A stretch of 64,000 nucleotides of DNA from Octopus vulgaris (lineage: Eukaryota): positions 22,196,001-22,260,000 of the forward strand of contig OX597830.1 in the NCBI GenBank assembly GCA_951406725.2, given 5' to 3'. The notes under the pieces were generated by a model. It saw nothing but the letters and a program-made list of their open reading frames with translations, ran no database searches and had not been told where the DNA came from. The position numbers and the translations under genes are program-made. Numbering within the stretch: position 1 is the stretch's first letter; each line of letters opens with the position of its first letter. Of this stretch, positions 63,514-64,000 are shown piece after piece.

Positions 63514-64000
63514 TTATGTATAGTTTATATGAAGTTGTAGTTTAGAATGAATTACATTGGTTCAATATATGGTAGTCAAGTACTAATCTGGTAGGTGGTG
63601 TTATTTGGAGAATGTTTACTTTCTCTCTACCATTGTCTTTAGCATTGAAAATTGGTTTGTACAGTTTAGTTTTAAGAGACAATTGTAGTTTGCTGAACTA
63701 GTAGTTTACAACGAGTCTGTGGTTCATTTTGTGTCTCTGGAGCCACAAATTATTAATTTTATTGCAAAACTTAAAATGACTGTAATTAGTATTGCATATT
63801 TGCAATGCAATGGTGAAGTTCCCATAAAGATAATTAATTCTGGCTCTTGTGCTTCAATATATTTAATTTGAGTGTATGTATAGCTTTGCTATATGATGTA
63901 GTATCTCATACAAATTTTTCCAAGTTAATATTTATTTAAAAATAACTGTACTTGTGTTGAATTTGTACACTGAAGGTAATAGTTAGTTGACAAATATTTC

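Larger units (their letters stand above)
49240..64000 (+). pseudogene. Tandem duplicate of SAFB (5' part; pseudogene or SAP-less paralog), continuing beyond the window
   Basis: Promoter, exons and introns are homologous to 14275-24000. Exon 1 (ends 49545) lacks the ATG and has AAG>TAG at 49516. Exon 2 is 60032-60086. Exons 3-4 are absent. Exon 5 (60817-60847) has a 1-nt deletion. Exon 6 (61789-62031) and exon 7 (63100-63133) are open. All splice sites are intact. Confidence 0.85.

Noticed and set aside
49240-64000. Duplicate as an assembly artefact (uncollapsed haplotype)
   Set aside because: The copies differ by many substitutions, exon loss and several copy-specific TE insertions, some already decayed, which is far beyond allelic divergence.

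Overview
AT-rich, intron-containing animal genomic DNA. It is most likely a coleoid cephalopod (Octopus-like), inferred from the RTE LINE with (GAT)n tails, the tRNA-headed SINEs and the microsatellite load. The window holds three gene-like loci. (1) A complete 20-exon + strand gene (14455-45177, about 1010 aa) encodes a scaffold attachment factor B (SAFB/SLTM) family protein with a SAP domain, RRM, R/E coiled coil and Gly-rich tail; all splice phases close. (2) A head-to-tail tandem duplicate of that gene starts at about 49240 and runs off the window. Its SAP exon is inactivated, but its reading frame is intact from a downstream ATG at 60839, so it is either a pseudogene or a SAP-less paralog. 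(3) A two-exon - strand gene (8913-8773 joined to 2349-1528, about 320 aa) splices an acidic repeat leader onto an intact, stand-alone Ty3/gypsy Gag ORF with no LTR or pol. It is a candidate domesticated capsid gene lying head-to-head with SAFB and is the main finding. The rest is transposon-rich: a near full-length RTE LINE with an open 990-aa ORF nested in a decayed gypsy element, a decayed piggyBac with TTAA/TIRs, Helitron, mariner, Merlin-like and CRE-like remnants, MITEs and SINEs. All calls are from manual reading; no searches were run.
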